Counted from the first letter of the stretch, positions 39,187 through 52,913 are shown. The stretch is 64,000 nt of DNA from Trichoplax adhaerens (GCF_000150275.1 NW_002060943.1:9060390-9124389), one strand, 5' to 3'. Translations and numbers: made by a program. Notes: a model not told the origin generated them from the letters alone.

Positions 39187-42095
39187 ATGCAAGTTAAGCA
39201 CAATCGAGTGCTATCTGTTCTCTTATTTGGAAACGATGCTTTCTCAACGATAGTTCTCGATGCTGTACATTTAAATAGGTGAAGTTACATTGCGAAATGA
39301 TCAAATTATTACAGTTTTGATTCGAAATTTGAATTAGATCCTAGCCTCTATGTGCATTGTCAGTTTATTTACTGTATTAATTATATTATTATAGATACCT
39401 ATGCAGTATACTGTATAGACGTATAGACGTAGATGGATGTCATATAAAGTATGCACTGTACAGTATTAATTCAATTGATTTTACTTGTACAGTTTAAATC
39501 GATGTAAGTATTCCTATCAACGTATCGTCGATAAAGTCGAAATAGTATACTCGGGTTTTAAGGTTAGTAACGACTTCGCTAAAATAGACTACAAACTGTA
39601 TCTTAAGCTCATAACTAAATTAGCTTGAAACTGTCTTTCAACAGAATAGCAAGAAATCATCTTCAGTATTGAAATACGCTCGAAATAATGACCTTGTTGC
39701 GCATAATTATAACGACCACAGCGATATGATTCCTAGTAACAGGGAATTCTGTGACCTCAGGTTGATAAAATTAAAATTAAAAAAGACATTTTTATACTTT
39801 TTAGCAGTTTGCGATTTTAACGATTACTCAACTTCGATTGCATTCAATTACAGTATAATTAAAAATGCTTTTTGCCTCTTTATTGAGTGCAACAGGAATC
39901 GTTTCGATGTTGGTATCGTAGTTTCATTTGGACACCTACTTAGCAAAAGATGGATAGATTTATTTGTACGGTATGGTATACGTGTTGCAATATTATTCTG
40001 TGCTGATATACTATTTATGCATTTTTGGTTACCATTTCTACTTTCTACTGTTAATAATGAAACAGTTGCAGTACTGTACAGTCTCGTATATAGTCATTTC
40101 TCATCGGTTTCAATCTACACTACACTGTTAATTCGACGATGTTAGGTATTAAAAAAAAATATACACTTACGGCTTACAATCAGTGAAATTTTAGACAGAT
40201 ATTAATATTAACAGGAGGTAACATACGATTATGATATCGGGTAAAAATTACCACCCATTATTGCCTACCGTCGCATATTTATTGTATTAAATTTGCGAAA
40301 TTTCCTGAGGTTGCATAAGGTCTATATTTGGGCTTATTGATGCCTTAAAGTGTGCATGTTTGACACTAATACGGTACTATAAAAAATGTTTTACTTTCTT
40401 TTACACATATATCCAGTAGATGATCATATACTGTAGATTAGTTTTACCAGAGTAGCATGCTAAAGGCGCCAAGACTCGTTATTTGCAGTTTGATGTGGAG
40501 ATTAGTATATATTTAAGCTTACTAGTCTACTGTGTTAATTGCTATATCGAGATCACTTTTAATTTCCGATGCAAAAAATAAATTGTAATTGTAATTTGTA
40601 GTTAATAACCTGATATACTTATATTGGCTCAATGTATTGCAGAGGGGCAATTAATGTTCATCCTTCGTTACTCCCAAGATGGAGAGGAGCGTCTCCAATT
40701 CAATTCGCTTTGCTGCATGGTGACAATGTGACCGGCGTGACGATTGCTGATGTTTTGCCAGATAAGTTAGTGAACGAAATATTTTAATATTTCAAACTTT
40801 GTCATGAATATAAATACTAAATATCTGTATTGAAACAGATACGACAGAGGGCGTATATTAATGCAGGAAAGTTTAAAGGTATAAGCATATATTGGAGATG
40901 TCATTCTGTTTGGCGTTTCTGTAATGAGATTTTTGGATTCTTTATTAGTAACTTTTAAACTAACTGCACATAACAGTAGATAAGATACTTCAACATGTCT
41001 CATTAATAGTTGTATAAGAATTAGTGTAACAATAATGCCATGGTGATTGGGATCTTTCTACACTTTTGCAGATAAATGATAGGGAAACGTACATCCAGCT
41101 TCATAATCGTCTAGCTGACCTAAGTTCAAATCTAGTATGCTATCGGCAAAATGCCCCATACTATTTATTTGTACATTTACCTCTAGCGTAAGGATATAAT
41201 TAATGCAAAATTTTGGTATATTGTTTATAGTTATTACGAGCATTGTTAGATTTAGCGAATTTGCATCGGAAAGCCCAGAAGCAGAATGAAAGGAACGTAA
41301 CTTATGGTAAAGCGATCATTATACAGTAAACTGTAAATTTGTAAACAACGTGTGAATAGCATTAGTCTTATGTAATCGTTCGGAAATAAGCCTACAGCTT
41401 ATTACAAGTTCATACATTAATTTTATACTTAAAAGCAAGTAAAATTAATCAAAATATGGATTGGATTAATTGGTCTGAACATAGTAATAAATTCATAAAT
41501 AGAATGTGGAGAGCCCTTGGTTACCAGGTATATCTCTAGTTCGTTGTTTGCGAAATTATTTTCGTAAATATTGTAGGACACACTTGCTACAAAATTTTCT
41601 TAATAAGCTATATTATTTACCTACTTAGAAGGGCTTAAAAACAACATGGAGGGGAACCGTTGTGAAATTAATAGATTTTTGTTATCTTGAGAATTATGAA
41701 GCTAATTTAAGTGGTAAGATTACTATATTACTGCTCATTCCACACAACGGAGGACGATTGCCTCAAACTGCTACTTACTAACTTTTAGATATAAACCATA
41801 CGAACATGAAGCATGGATTCGTTAAATATGATGAGGATTTAAACGCAATTATTATTAAATGCAAGGTAAATATTCATATTTAAATCTGGACTAAAAGTAT
41901 TTCAAGATTATTGACGTTATTAGAAGTTAATTTGAAGAAAATTAATTTGATTTGCAGGATGGTCTAGTGGCTTTTAGGAAAGTTCAGTTTGCATGTCGAA
42001 AAGTAATTACTGCTTTGGATTTTTATAATGCTTATTTAACACGAATAGAAGAATCGAAACGATATTTTGGTGCACCTGGCAATAGGCCCACTTAA
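39187..42095 (+). CDS. MTFMT: Methionyl-tRNA formyltransferase (mitochondrial type), multi-exon; an upstream targeting-peptide exon may be missing
   Basis: [22 protein letters not shown], formyltransferase signature [60 protein letters not shown]; stop TAA 42093-42095. Confidence 0.9.
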
Positions 42096-42876
42096 AGCTA
42101 ATATCACCATTACGGGAAGTTAATAATTTATTTCATAATTGAAACCAGAATAACTTTTTATCGTAACTTGACGGCATCAAAGATAATTTTTTTAGTGACA
42201 TTCTTGTTAATGTTTATAGGCATTGTACAAGAGTTTGATGTAAGCATATTTTGATAACTGTTCTCAGATGTAGAGTTATTATTGGTTAAACACCACTCAT
42301 TAGTTGCTACCGTATAGTTTAAAATAAAATAAAAATAACTTACAGTAGTTGTAGATTTTTTATACGGTTATTGTTCTTAAGGTGATATCAGTAGGAGAGA
42401 ATCCGCTACATTGTACATACTTTATCGTCTATCACTAAGTTAACTTAGCGATACACACTTACCTCTAAAAATTTTCTGTATCTGTAGCATGATGTTACAT
42501 AAGATAAACATAGGCTGACAAATAATAAATAGAACACGGCAACCGTACTCTGTGCTATCGATACAATGTATAAATACTTCATAATATCTAATAATATGGG
42601 ATTACCAGTAATGACAATAATAATGGATAAAGGATAACATTGGTAAAGTACCGTATTTTCAACAGTTACATACCTATAGATACGCCATAGCCGGCGTATT
42701 ACAAGCTTATCGGCATTATACGTATTAATACATGGAAAAACCCAATCCCAAGAATATTAAGAACGGTTAAATCATAGAACAGAAAGCTACTTAGAAATAA
42801 ACTACCGGTAACTATAAACTGCTATCGCATTACTAATATTGCAAGTAGATAGCGTTTTAATTTATCCGTAAAATAA

Positions 42877-45448
42877 TCAGACGAAAACTTCACTCATTAC
42901 ATATTCTATATTGCTACATTTGAATTTCCTTTATCATTTTCTAATGCATATCTTTTAAAGATGATATGCCTTTTCCAATACAGCGTAACAGCTACAACTA
43001 TAGCTACGAAAGCCACAATCGACATGATGATAGCTGCAATATCACCACCTAAATTAAGATAATATGGCGATATTTAAATTTAGTGAGCTATCCTGTTTCA
43101 GTATTTGAAGTCAAGCTTCTACCAACACGTTAGAGATTAATCTAAAAATATATAAAACTTACCTGATAATGGGCTGCTTTGCCCGATAGGTTGATTCGTT
43201 GCCCCTCCTACGTTCGAAGTTTTTGTCATCATAGTTGTACCACCCGGTGGAATTTCGTCTTAAATGAAATGTAGTAAACATATTATCACAATTGTGTCTG
43301 ACGCTAGCATGATTATTAAATTGCATTTTAATAAAGTATCAATTTTATGTACGACTGCCAAGAAATTCTATTTTCGCAAGATAATTTGTTGGGTATTACA
43401 AAAGAGACTTTCGACGATTGAATTCGATACATAACAGATTTACTGCAGTATAGTAGCGTAAAGTTGCTTCGGAAGCTAGTAATTGTCCTATAATATCCTT
43501 GAATGCATGGACTTATATATAACCTATTTTTACTGTGCATTGTACAGTAGTACTGTATATGCGATCACAGTAATCATAAATATAGTTTAGCGTATGATAA
43601 GCCTGAAAGGCTCTCATAAGCATTAAGAGAGTGCACGCATCATCGTGTTATCATCAGATATAACAATTTCGAAAAATGTAGTATAGCATTACAACAATGT
43701 AATCAGTTAATATGGACCGTACATAATCAATAGCAAGTGATCAGCCAGCTAAGCAGTTTTTTGAGAGTATATATACGAAGTTAGAACACATGTAAGTAAT
43801 AGTGCTTACCACCACAGCGTGTAGTGTCAACATTTATGACTCTGTTATTGAGGATATTGAACGGTGGTGGCACTATAGGCGAGGGCACATCAAGCTTCGG
43901 TATAATACCAGCCTAGAAAATATATCACAGATCCACAAGAGATAAGCTAATTTTTACAGCATAATCTGTACAATGTACAACTATGACATTTTAATATTGA
44001 TTTTAAACATTTTTCGTATATTGCAATTATGCTATGTGATACCATGGAATGGTGCATTAGACAGTTAACCTGAAAGAGTCACTCAATATCCACTTAAACG
44101 ATAAGTACATAATAATTGGCATTTACTGAACGCTTGACGTTTTTGGTCAAATCTTAGTACTTTGGTAAGTTAACGTGTATACTACTGACAGTAAGTAAAT
44201 CAAGAGCAAGTTTAGCATACGGTAATTATGTAAGCAAAGCGATGCAAACAAATTTGAACGAGAATATTGCATGGACGTTTCATGAAAATTGTTCAAATCT
44301 TTGTTTTAAAAGCTAGCATTTGCGAATCTAGTTAGCTATTAGAGGTGGCATCAATATTTTAAAATTAGCGGGCAAATAGTAAACTTTTTGTACTAATAAC
44401 GACCATACAAATCAAATGCCATTAAGTATCAATTACCGTAACGGTTACTTTTCCAGGTGATCGCGTCATACTTATTTTCCCAAACAATTTGACAGGAACT
44501 GTCACGTTAATAGTAGGTATGACGAAGGAAATCTTAGTTATGAAAAATTCATCTGCGTGCTTTATATTTCTGATAATGGTAATATTCTCAGCTGGATAAG
44601 CTGCCTGTAAAAGAATTTAGATTAAAGAAAACAATTTACTACATTCTAAGACTCTTTAAGTGAGTCAATATTCGATTAATAGTTCTGAAATACACTTTAG
44701 CAGGGTGTTAACAGCAGTTTACGTTTAATCATAAATGAATAGTAAACAACCATTTATAACTAACACTATTGCTAGTAAATATGTAAAATTTTATCATAAA
44801 ATTAAGGCGAATCTGATATGTCACCAAGTTAAAAAACAACATCTTCACGTAACGGTAACTAGCATATCATCAATGTAAGAGTAAAAGGTGATTTAGCTAA
44901 ATATCAGACATTTAAAGTTGTAGAAAAAGCATGACATTGCTGATTCGAGTATATATAGTAATTGCATGCATTGTAACTGAAATCTTGCATTACTGTACCG
45001 ATGACAGTGACCAGTACTAAACATAACCTCTAGTATACTATCAGATATCTCTCCCATTACTGTATATAAATTTGCCGTAAGTAAAAGGCTATCATAAGGG
45101 TAGTCAGGTAAAATTTCTCATAATTAAATATGATTACTGAAACCATGAAGATAGGATAAGACACATTCGTTATAAAATTCTAATTTGCTGATTTATATAC
45201 CGTAATATTTGCTGTAACCGGTTTGGTGCAGTAGTTCAAATTGAAAGAGAATTGCATATGGCGTCCGTAAATTTTTCCACTGCAGTTAAACCCATTACAA
45301 TTTTGATATTCATAACACTGCAAAGTTGTCTTCTTGGAAGGGTCAAGTCCAGGTATCGGCACCAAGTTGAGAGGTATCTGATCTAGCCGTTGCTTTAAGA
45401 AGTTTATCAGATCGGCTAGACTCTGGCACTCTGGATTGACTGTAGGGG
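42877..45448 (-). CDS. Uncharacterised single-pass type I membrane protein (Cys-containing ectodomain, Ser/Thr/Gly stalk, TM, short tail); 5' exon unresolved
   Basis: Five phase-consistent exons: ...LQCYEYQNCNGFNCSG...LNYCTKPVTANIT|AAYPAENITII...|AGIIPKL...TTRCG|DEIPPGGTT...SPLS|GGDIAAIIMSIVAFVAIVVAVTLYWKR. Several N-x-S/T sequons. The 3' end assumes read-through to TGA 42877-42879. Confidence 0.7.
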
Positions 45449-46124
45449 CTGAAGGATGGATAAATTAAGAAATTTTTTAGGATCGTGAGCAAAATATGAT
45501 ATAAAATATGAAATTAGATCAATAAGGGTACAGACTGATTTCGTTTAGTTATCCTAAAATGAGATCGAACGCACCTACTTTCTAAATGAACACCAATCCA
45601 CAAATGATAGTATAGTAGTCTATATTATTCATGTAGAATTGATGATCTCTATACTATATTAATTGTGCTATAGTTACGTATCAATAACTTGGTACAGCAA
45701 TTAACTCATATTTTAACTTAATTCTGGTCAATGATAGGAGAGAAGAAACTGTATAGTACTTCAAAAACGGCGGTCTCTGAAATTCACACGAATCGAGTCT
45801 GAAATTTGTCTCACTATTCACTTGCTGCATTGCACACTGCATTGCCCAGTAATAATCAAAACGAGGATGCTGTAATATTTAGTAGAAGTTTTTCACAGTC
45901 GACAGACTACTAACGCTTTATTATAACTCAGGGGCTAGCCGTGCTTTATTCATTTTAGGGGAATTGATAGCATATATCAAGAATGATTTGAATCGTGTAA
46001 TATTTTAATTTCCCAAAATTGAATTAATTGATGGAAAAATTTCAATACTGAAGATCTGTGGCAGACCAAAACCAGCAATAAGAAGCCTTAGCAGTCCGAC
46101 TGGTAGTGATGGTGATCGTGCCAG

Positions 46125-46290
46125 GTACAATACTGTACGAGCTCAAATCGAGAGCGAATGAGTAATACGGTACTGTACTGTAGAAGAGCAGCTACGGTCA
46201 CGCTTTACGGACTACAGTATATACTGTACAGTACAGTACTGTATACTGTAGCATACTGTATACTGTACACTGTACAGTACAGTCTGTACT
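46125..46290. repeat. TACAG/CTGTA island upstream of the membrane-protein gene
   Basis: tactgtacagtacagtactgtatactgtagcatactgtatactgtacactgtacagtacagtctgtact. Confidence 0.8.
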
Positions 46291-46387
46291 GAACTAACAG
46301 CAACAAAATTCAATAGAGCCTTTATTTATTTAATATGCGTATATTTACTAATTATAATTATCAGTGCTATGACGTATATAATATCAC

Positions 46388-46628
46388 NNNNNNNNNNNNN
46401 NNNNNNNNNNNNNNNNNNNNNNNNNNNNNNNNNNNNNNNNNNNNNNNNNNNNNNNNNNNNNNNNNNNNNNNNNNNNNNNNNNNNNNNNNNNNNNNNNNNN
46501 NNNNNNNNNNNNNNNNNNNNNNNNNNNNNNNNNNNNNNNNNNNNNNNNNNNNNNNNNNNNNNNNNNNNNNNNNNNNNNNNNNNNNNNNNNNNNNNNNNNN
46601 NNNNNNNNNNNNNNNNNNNNNNNNNNNN
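46388..46628. other. Assembly gap (241 N)
   Basis: Run of N. Confidence 1.
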
Positions 46629-46663
46629 GTATAAAAAATTAGGAATAGGGATAGAAACTTCAT
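46629..46663 (-). CDS. Probable start of a small secreted protein (signal peptide MKFLSLFLIFY...) continuing into the gap
   Basis: ATG-Lys followed by a hydrophobic run directly before the gap. Minus-strand AATAAA signals lie at 46321-46330 beyond the gap, and a TACAG island lies upstream. Confidence 0.4.
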
Positions 46664-46824
46664 TTCTGATAGGTTCAGCTGCTCGCCGCTTAGATTAGTA
46701 GATCCTTTTCGTCCGACTAACGATAAAGTTCAATTGGCGTGTTCCATCAACGACCACACACAAAAAATGGGTACAGTATGTTCAGTAGTTGCTTATTAAA
46801 AAAGGGGTCGCTGTTTCTGTTTAC

Positions 46825-47660
46825 AGCACGTACAGTACCGTTGAGTCCTGCAGTAAAAATACGCCGAACCGGCTGTACTGTACTGTACTGTACTGTACTC
46901 TGTACTGAATAGTGTACTGTACACTTGTACAGTACAGTGTACAGTCTACAATGTACAGTCCACAGTGTGCAGTCTACTGTACTGTTCTGTACTGTACCGG
47001 TAGGCCCAGCCATACTGTAATAACCCCGATTACTCAGATACTGTACACTGTACAGTACAGTACAGTACTCAGCGTAAATAAAGTAGCTTCAAAGATGATA
47101 CAGTACATTATACTGTACGGTCACAGTACACATACTGTACTGTACTGTAATTATGGTACAGTAGAGCAATGCGCACAAATTAAAAGGCGGTGATTCCAAT
47201 GGACTACAGGCTGACTGTCTACAGCACTAAATAATGATGCTGTAAGAAAATAAGAATAAAGATCTCTAGAGGCAGTAGTATAAGAAAAATATATCTTATC
47301 TTTTACCTCTACTTTAGTAAAATCATACTCAAAATGACTTCTTTTCCAAAAATTGAAGGAATAGGGGATAAGAGTGATGGCTTTAGTGTCACATTTTGGG
47401 ACGGAGACGACTCTACAGTGTACAGTGCACAGTACTGTACAGTACACTGGTAATTAGTGCACAGCAATGGTGACATCATTTTTTAATACTGCACAAACTA
47501 CAGTACGCAATCTACAGTACTGTACTGTCGATTCTGTACTGTAGAGCTTCTAAATACTGTACTGTAAGTATGCTTTGCCTCTCTACAGTACTGTACAACT
47601 TTTCTCACATTATCACGGCAATGTCGGTACTGTAGGGATAGACTGTACTAAGTACAGTAT
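46825..47660. repeat. Large TACAG/CTGTA island (46825-47165 and 47410-47660) upstream of PIP5K
   Basis: (ctgta)5 from 46873, tacagtacagtacagtac near 47050, and many tacagtactgta palindromes. Confidence 0.85.
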
Positions 47661-47869
47661 GAGTATGCACATTTATTGATGATTAGCCAAGGGTGCCTTT
47701 AAAGGGATACCTTTTGCGGAAAGATATCCTACCGATAGTATCGAGAACTGTCGTCTTGCACGCTTCGTTTCATGTTTGCCAAGTGTGATTTATTATAGTT
47801 ACACTTGGCATTGCCACCATCAGCAGAAAGGAAAGATCCGTTACGGTAGCGATCCGCTGTTAATTTAGT

Positions 47870-50800
47870 ATGGAAAATGAGAATCCACGTGCAGATAATG
47901 AAGGACTCCAACGCAGATACAAAAATGTAAGATTTTTCATGATACAGTATCAATTTTGATTGCTAATAGCTAATGGAAGTACAGCCCAACAGTACCACAA
48001 TTAAGAACTACGGTATTGAGTAATACAATATCATCAAGGTTAGGCAATGATGTTACCATTAGTATGAAGTCGAGTCACAATGATATAGGATAGTGTACTG
48101 GATTATTCTCCGATTGTAAGGTTTGTCACTTCGTTGAGAATACACTAGTTCAAAGGCGATAGCTTTTAACGACAGCTCCATCATAAAGTATATGATAGGA
48201 TTATTGATTGTACTGTAGATTGGGGTATGCGCGAATGATACGGGTGTTTGTTATATTATACTAGGAGGGGCAGTATAGTAAATAGCTGTAGATAACTGAA
48301 TTAAAATTGTGATTAGTTAGTGTAATGTATACTGTACACTACATGAAACGCGTGAACTGCATTGTACAGTACTGTCTACTACAAATCTGTACACCACAAC
48401 ATGGTTCCCTGCTTGCAAATATAATTTGACTTTACTTATACCCGCATAGCAATATCAGGAAATATACTTTTGATAACTTTGTTCAATCTTTGATTGTAGC
48501 TCTCTTCCTACGGCATATTTTTATGTTACATGCTATTGCTTTCTGTCATTAGGCGACTCCGTCCGACATATCTACAGCGCTGCAATTAGGTATAGAGCAC
48601 TCGGTAAGTAGGTTTTCTCCTTTACGATCTATAACATAATTAATTTATGCCTTATGATGGTTAAGAATACAGCTATTAGTAACCTTGTATACCTACGCCT
48701 TAACATTTTATGAAATCTACTTGTATGGTTTATGAATAATCATGTAGGTTGGGAAATTGTCTTCTAAACATGAAAGAGATGTTCTTATGCAGGACTTTCA
48801 AGATATTGATGTGGTTTTCTTTCCGAGGTTTCTTTATTAGATGATTCTGCATACATTATACATTTAGGAAGATTATTCTTTTTCTCATTGTTTTGATGGA
48901 TCAACTTTGAACCGTTTTGACTATAATTGTATGCATAGTTAACTATCCTAATATTAACAGTGCAATAGTTAGTTGCTTGCGTATAAACCAGAACCACTTA
49001 ACAAATATGATATACTATTGCAAGATTACTTTAATAGCAAGATGAAACTCATCTAATCTATATCGGTTCCAGAGATGGAAGTACGTCAACTCCCGCACAT
49101 CATCACGCCGATTTTACCTTTAAAACATACGCACCGATAGCGTTCAGGTATAAGCTGGGAAATATTATTTGAGTTATCTACGTAATTTGTAAAACGCTGC
49201 GTACTGTATTTCATGTAATAATGCAGTTATATCATTGCATGAGTTTTGATCGTTCCAAAATAATGGTCAGTTTCTCTCTACGTTTATTTTAGATTTTTTC
49301 GTGAGCTATTTGGTATCAAACCGCAAGACTTTATGGTAAGTGTATTGAAGAAATGATTAGCGTAAACTTATATCAGTAGCTCTGGGCAATGTTAGAGAAT
49401 TAGAGCTGCTATATTCCTAAGTCACTTTATATTGTACTACAATGAAGATATCCATGTGTGATAAACGATTGAAAGAAATACGCAATCCTGGAGCAAGTGG
49501 ATCCTTATTTTTCTTAACCAATGACGACAGATTCATAATCAAGACTGTACAAAAAAAAGAAGCCCAGTTCTTACAAGAGTTACTACCAGGATATTATTTG
49601 GTAAATTTTATAATATCACTTACTTAACTCGAGTAATAAATATTTTCGGACATGTAGGAATTTTAACTATTGTTGTTGTATACTAAATTAGCGATTTTAC
49701 TACTCAATAATGTAGTATTTACTAAATTTGTAGCTAATAATTACATATTATTTTAGAATTTTAGTCAGAATAAAAAGACTCTCCTTCCGAAGTTTTTTGG
49801 TCTATATTCTTATTCTACAAGTAGTGGCCAAAGAAACATCCGCATCGTAGTCATGAATAATCTTTTACCATCAGTTTATCAGTATCAAGTAAAATTCGAT
49901 TTAAAGGTACATTGTAACATTTCTAGTTAGCCTTGCACATTTATTTGAATATTTCCTGAAACTGTTAGACTGAATAGTGATATCGCCTAAGGCTGCTGTC
50001 TATGTTACAATCAAATACTAGGTATCTTTTTTAGTTAATCTTCGTATAATTTCAGGGTTCGACCCACAAACGAAAAGCCTCAAAGAATGAAAGAGAAAAA
50101 AAATGCCCAACCTTAAAAGACTTAGATTTCAAGACGGAACTTCCTGAGGTGATATTATATATTAATTTTAAATGTAGCATTAATCATGTTTCTTACATTA
50201 ATAAGTTCATTCACTAATTTTGTTCGTTTGGGTAGGGATTCGGTGTTGACCCTACTATATATGACTCCTTAACAAGAACCTTGGAAAGAGACGTTAGGGT
50301 AAAGGCTGTTATCATAACCTGCTACTATATGTACTGTTCAATAAAGACCGAGTCTGGTTAATTTTACTATTCTATTAATATATGCAGGTATTGAGAAGTT
50401 TTAAGATTATGGATTATAGTTTATTAATTGGTGTACATAAATTGACTGAAGTTTCAAGATCATGGTCCGTAAGTGAAGCTGACTCTAGGTTACGATCGGC
50501 GTCCGGTGGTGCCTCTTCCATAGATGCGGTCACGGCAACGGCAAGGTAGCTTGATCTGTTAGCCTGTAGTCTTTTTCAAATAAGAATTACGATTTCTGTG
50601 ACAAGTCTAAAGTAGAATATTAAACAGAGTATTCTATGATAATGCAGATTGGGGCGCATTCACGCATATACTACATCTGGAGAAGCCGTAATGTTATTCA
50701 TCGGAATAATTGATATACTTCAAAGTTACAGGTATGATATCTTAGTCTTAGTTCTGAATCTATTCTGACTTGCATTTAATGAGAAACCAAAATTTATCAA

Positions 50801-51689
50801 TTTTAAGATTTATTAAGAAACTAGAGCATACATATAAATCAATTCTTCACGATGGTGTAAGTAGGAGATGTTATCGTTGAACTACGGTAGTTATTTGGAA
50901 GTTTATTACAACACTGAAAGGGTAATTAATCGACTAATCAATGATATAAAATCTCACTAACGGCACTATTATAGGATGCGGTATCAGTCACTAGTCCAGG
51001 ATTTTACAGTGAAAGATTTGTTAATTTTTGTAAAAGTAGTGTATTTACGAAACGAATTGGTAAGAAGCTGAGATATTATTACCTATAAAGAAATGTAGTA
51101 TAAATCAACGGGTTAACCATTAGTGGATTTTTATTTAGTTGCAAAATCGCAGCAAAAGAGAAGGTTGTTGCGTCCACGAAAGTCACTTGCTGATGATACT
51201 GTAACAAGTGATAGATTAGATAAGTCTTTCAATGGACAGGTAAGTATGAGACCGTTAGAATAATTGTTTTGGAATTTATCATAACTAGCAGTAAGTACCT
51301 GTTATTTTTGGTGGAAAATTGCAATTTTAATTCCCGAAATTTTACAGGAAAGCCTTATGGAAGATCTTCACGTATTTAAAAATGCGGATAACTGTCGAAC
51401 GAATGAAGCCCTTAATAAGGACTCTTCGACATCCACATCTATGAAGGAGATAGTTGTAGATGTCCATAACTTTGGCATTATCGATAGTAAAACAATATTG
51501 TCCAGTAGGTAGGTCGTTAAATAATGTAGCTTAAGTATCATAGACTAGTTAGTAAGTATATATCTATATTGATAATTCTGTATAGCTAATAGCTCTGTTC
51601 TGTAATATAATAATTTTAGCCCTCAAAGTGGAAGAAGGAAAACAAAATCTGTCTATAATGATGACCAGAAAACTGAGACGATCGTCTAA
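47870..51689 (+). CDS. PIP5K1: Phosphatidylinositol-4-phosphate 5-kinase type I, multi-exon
   Basis: ALQLGIEHS|[91 protein letters not shown]. The activation loop KKLEHTYK carries the type I Glu. Stop TAA 51687-51689. Confidence 0.95.
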
Positions 51690-52705
51690 ACAAGATTACT
51701 GGCAAATTTATAATTATTTCATGAAAGAATGTATACTTTTCTTTGTAAAGAATTTAGAATTAATTGGAATAAGGGTTCTAAGTTGTGTGACTTTATTTCT
51801 ATATAGCCATTTGAAATACTATATCTGTATATTTTCATAGCATTGCAATTAAGGAAAGCTGTTATAATGTTCCCTACAATTTATCAGTGTGAGCTTATTA
51901 TTTGTACTACAGTAAAACTTTTATGTCAAATTTTCAGTAAGAGAGCAATGGTATGGTAACATGACGTATTAAATTCAAATTTTATTTGGATAATCAGATT
52001 GCGTGCTTCGCACCGCATTTATTATGCTAAGAACTTCTCCACCAATGACTACTGTAGACTTGATTGGCAAGGATTTTCTAATCGAAATTTTTTGCATTGT
52101 AATCCGAAAACTATGCTAAATTGCCTTCTGTGTATATTCTATATTCTATATACTGTACTGCATTGTAAATCTTGAATTACATAAAAATTTAATTTACACT
52201 ATCATTTATGGATGAGAGCTATTTTCTTTTTGACTTTAGCCAATAGGTATTGTAAAACAATTTAAATTAATTTGGCATCATGCAAGTCTTCAAATATACG
52301 TGTAGTTTTTAATCGGTGGGCAGGGTTTAGCAATTACGAGCTATTGTACAGTATCATGATAATGGCAACAACAGCAGATGATAAACTGAAGTCCTATTAG
52401 AAAGAAAGAGTTTATGATTGTGTATTCGTATAATTTGGGTATAGCATGGGCAATGGAATAGAAAAGCATTGATGATATGCTACAATTAATGTGCAGTACT
52501 GTACTAAAAGTAGTGAAATTTACCAAAATGGAAGGAATGTTTGAATAAAATAAAACTAATAGCGAATATTTGCAACACTATTCATAATACTGTACAGTAC
52601 TGTACTTTATGATAATGTGAAATGCGATCGGATGTGAAAGCTGAGCCCAGATCATCTGTGCTTCCCACTTAGTTCTAGTATTGGTATCTTTCTTATTAAT
52701 TAGGA

Positions 52706-52870
52706 CGGGGGACCGCGCGAACGCAAGTCCCCCACTACCAGAAATTGTACGCTCGAGTCTCCCCTATTTGGGGAGATCGCAGGGGTCAGCCTAACCGAAG
52801 TGCAATGGAAAGGCCTCACCCTGGGGGAACACCCTTCTTGATCAGCGTTACCCCCGCGTCAGGTAAGTAT
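52706..52870 (-). ncRNA. U1: U1 spliceosomal snRNA
   Basis: Minus strand: ATACTTACCTG 5' end, SL1 loop GATCAAGAAG (U1-70K site), SL2 loop CATTGCAC (U1A site), Sm site AATTTCTGG, terminal GGGGAC-TTGCGTTCGCGCG-GTCCCC stem; 165 nt. Confidence 0.97.
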
Positions 52871-52913
52871 GAGTTTCAGATGTTCAAAGCTGTATTATAT
52901 ACAAGTCAATAAT

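Noticed and set aside
40768-41250. Apparent missing middle of MTFMT (possible pseudogene)
   Set aside because: Two small exons ([13 protein letters not shown]; [21 protein letters not shown]) restore a continuous frame.
46634-47372. Similar purine-rich words AGGAATAGGG(G)ATA at ~46641 and ~47357 as element termini or a second PSE
   Set aside because: Short, imperfect, same orientation, no TSD and no snRNA-like sequence downstream.
17808-47447. Short ORFs rich in TVLYC/STVQY (17808, 17833, 17902, 25973, 25992, 38709, 46747, 46912, 47151)
   Set aside because: They are translations of the stop-poor TACAG/CTGTA pentamer arrays, not credible proteins. Only part of 25973-26006, in another frame, is used as ZWILCH exon 1.
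46825-47660. CRISPR-like array or telomeric repeat
   Set aside because: The repeats are degenerate 5-7 bp units without constant-length unique spacers; eukaryotic context, no cas genes, not TTAGGG.
47690-47860. Hammerhead ribozyme on the minus strand (CTGATG...stem...GAAAC)
   Set aside because: The core is CUGAUGG, not CUGANGA; the stem does not abut the core; no stem I/III or NUH cleavage site could be built.
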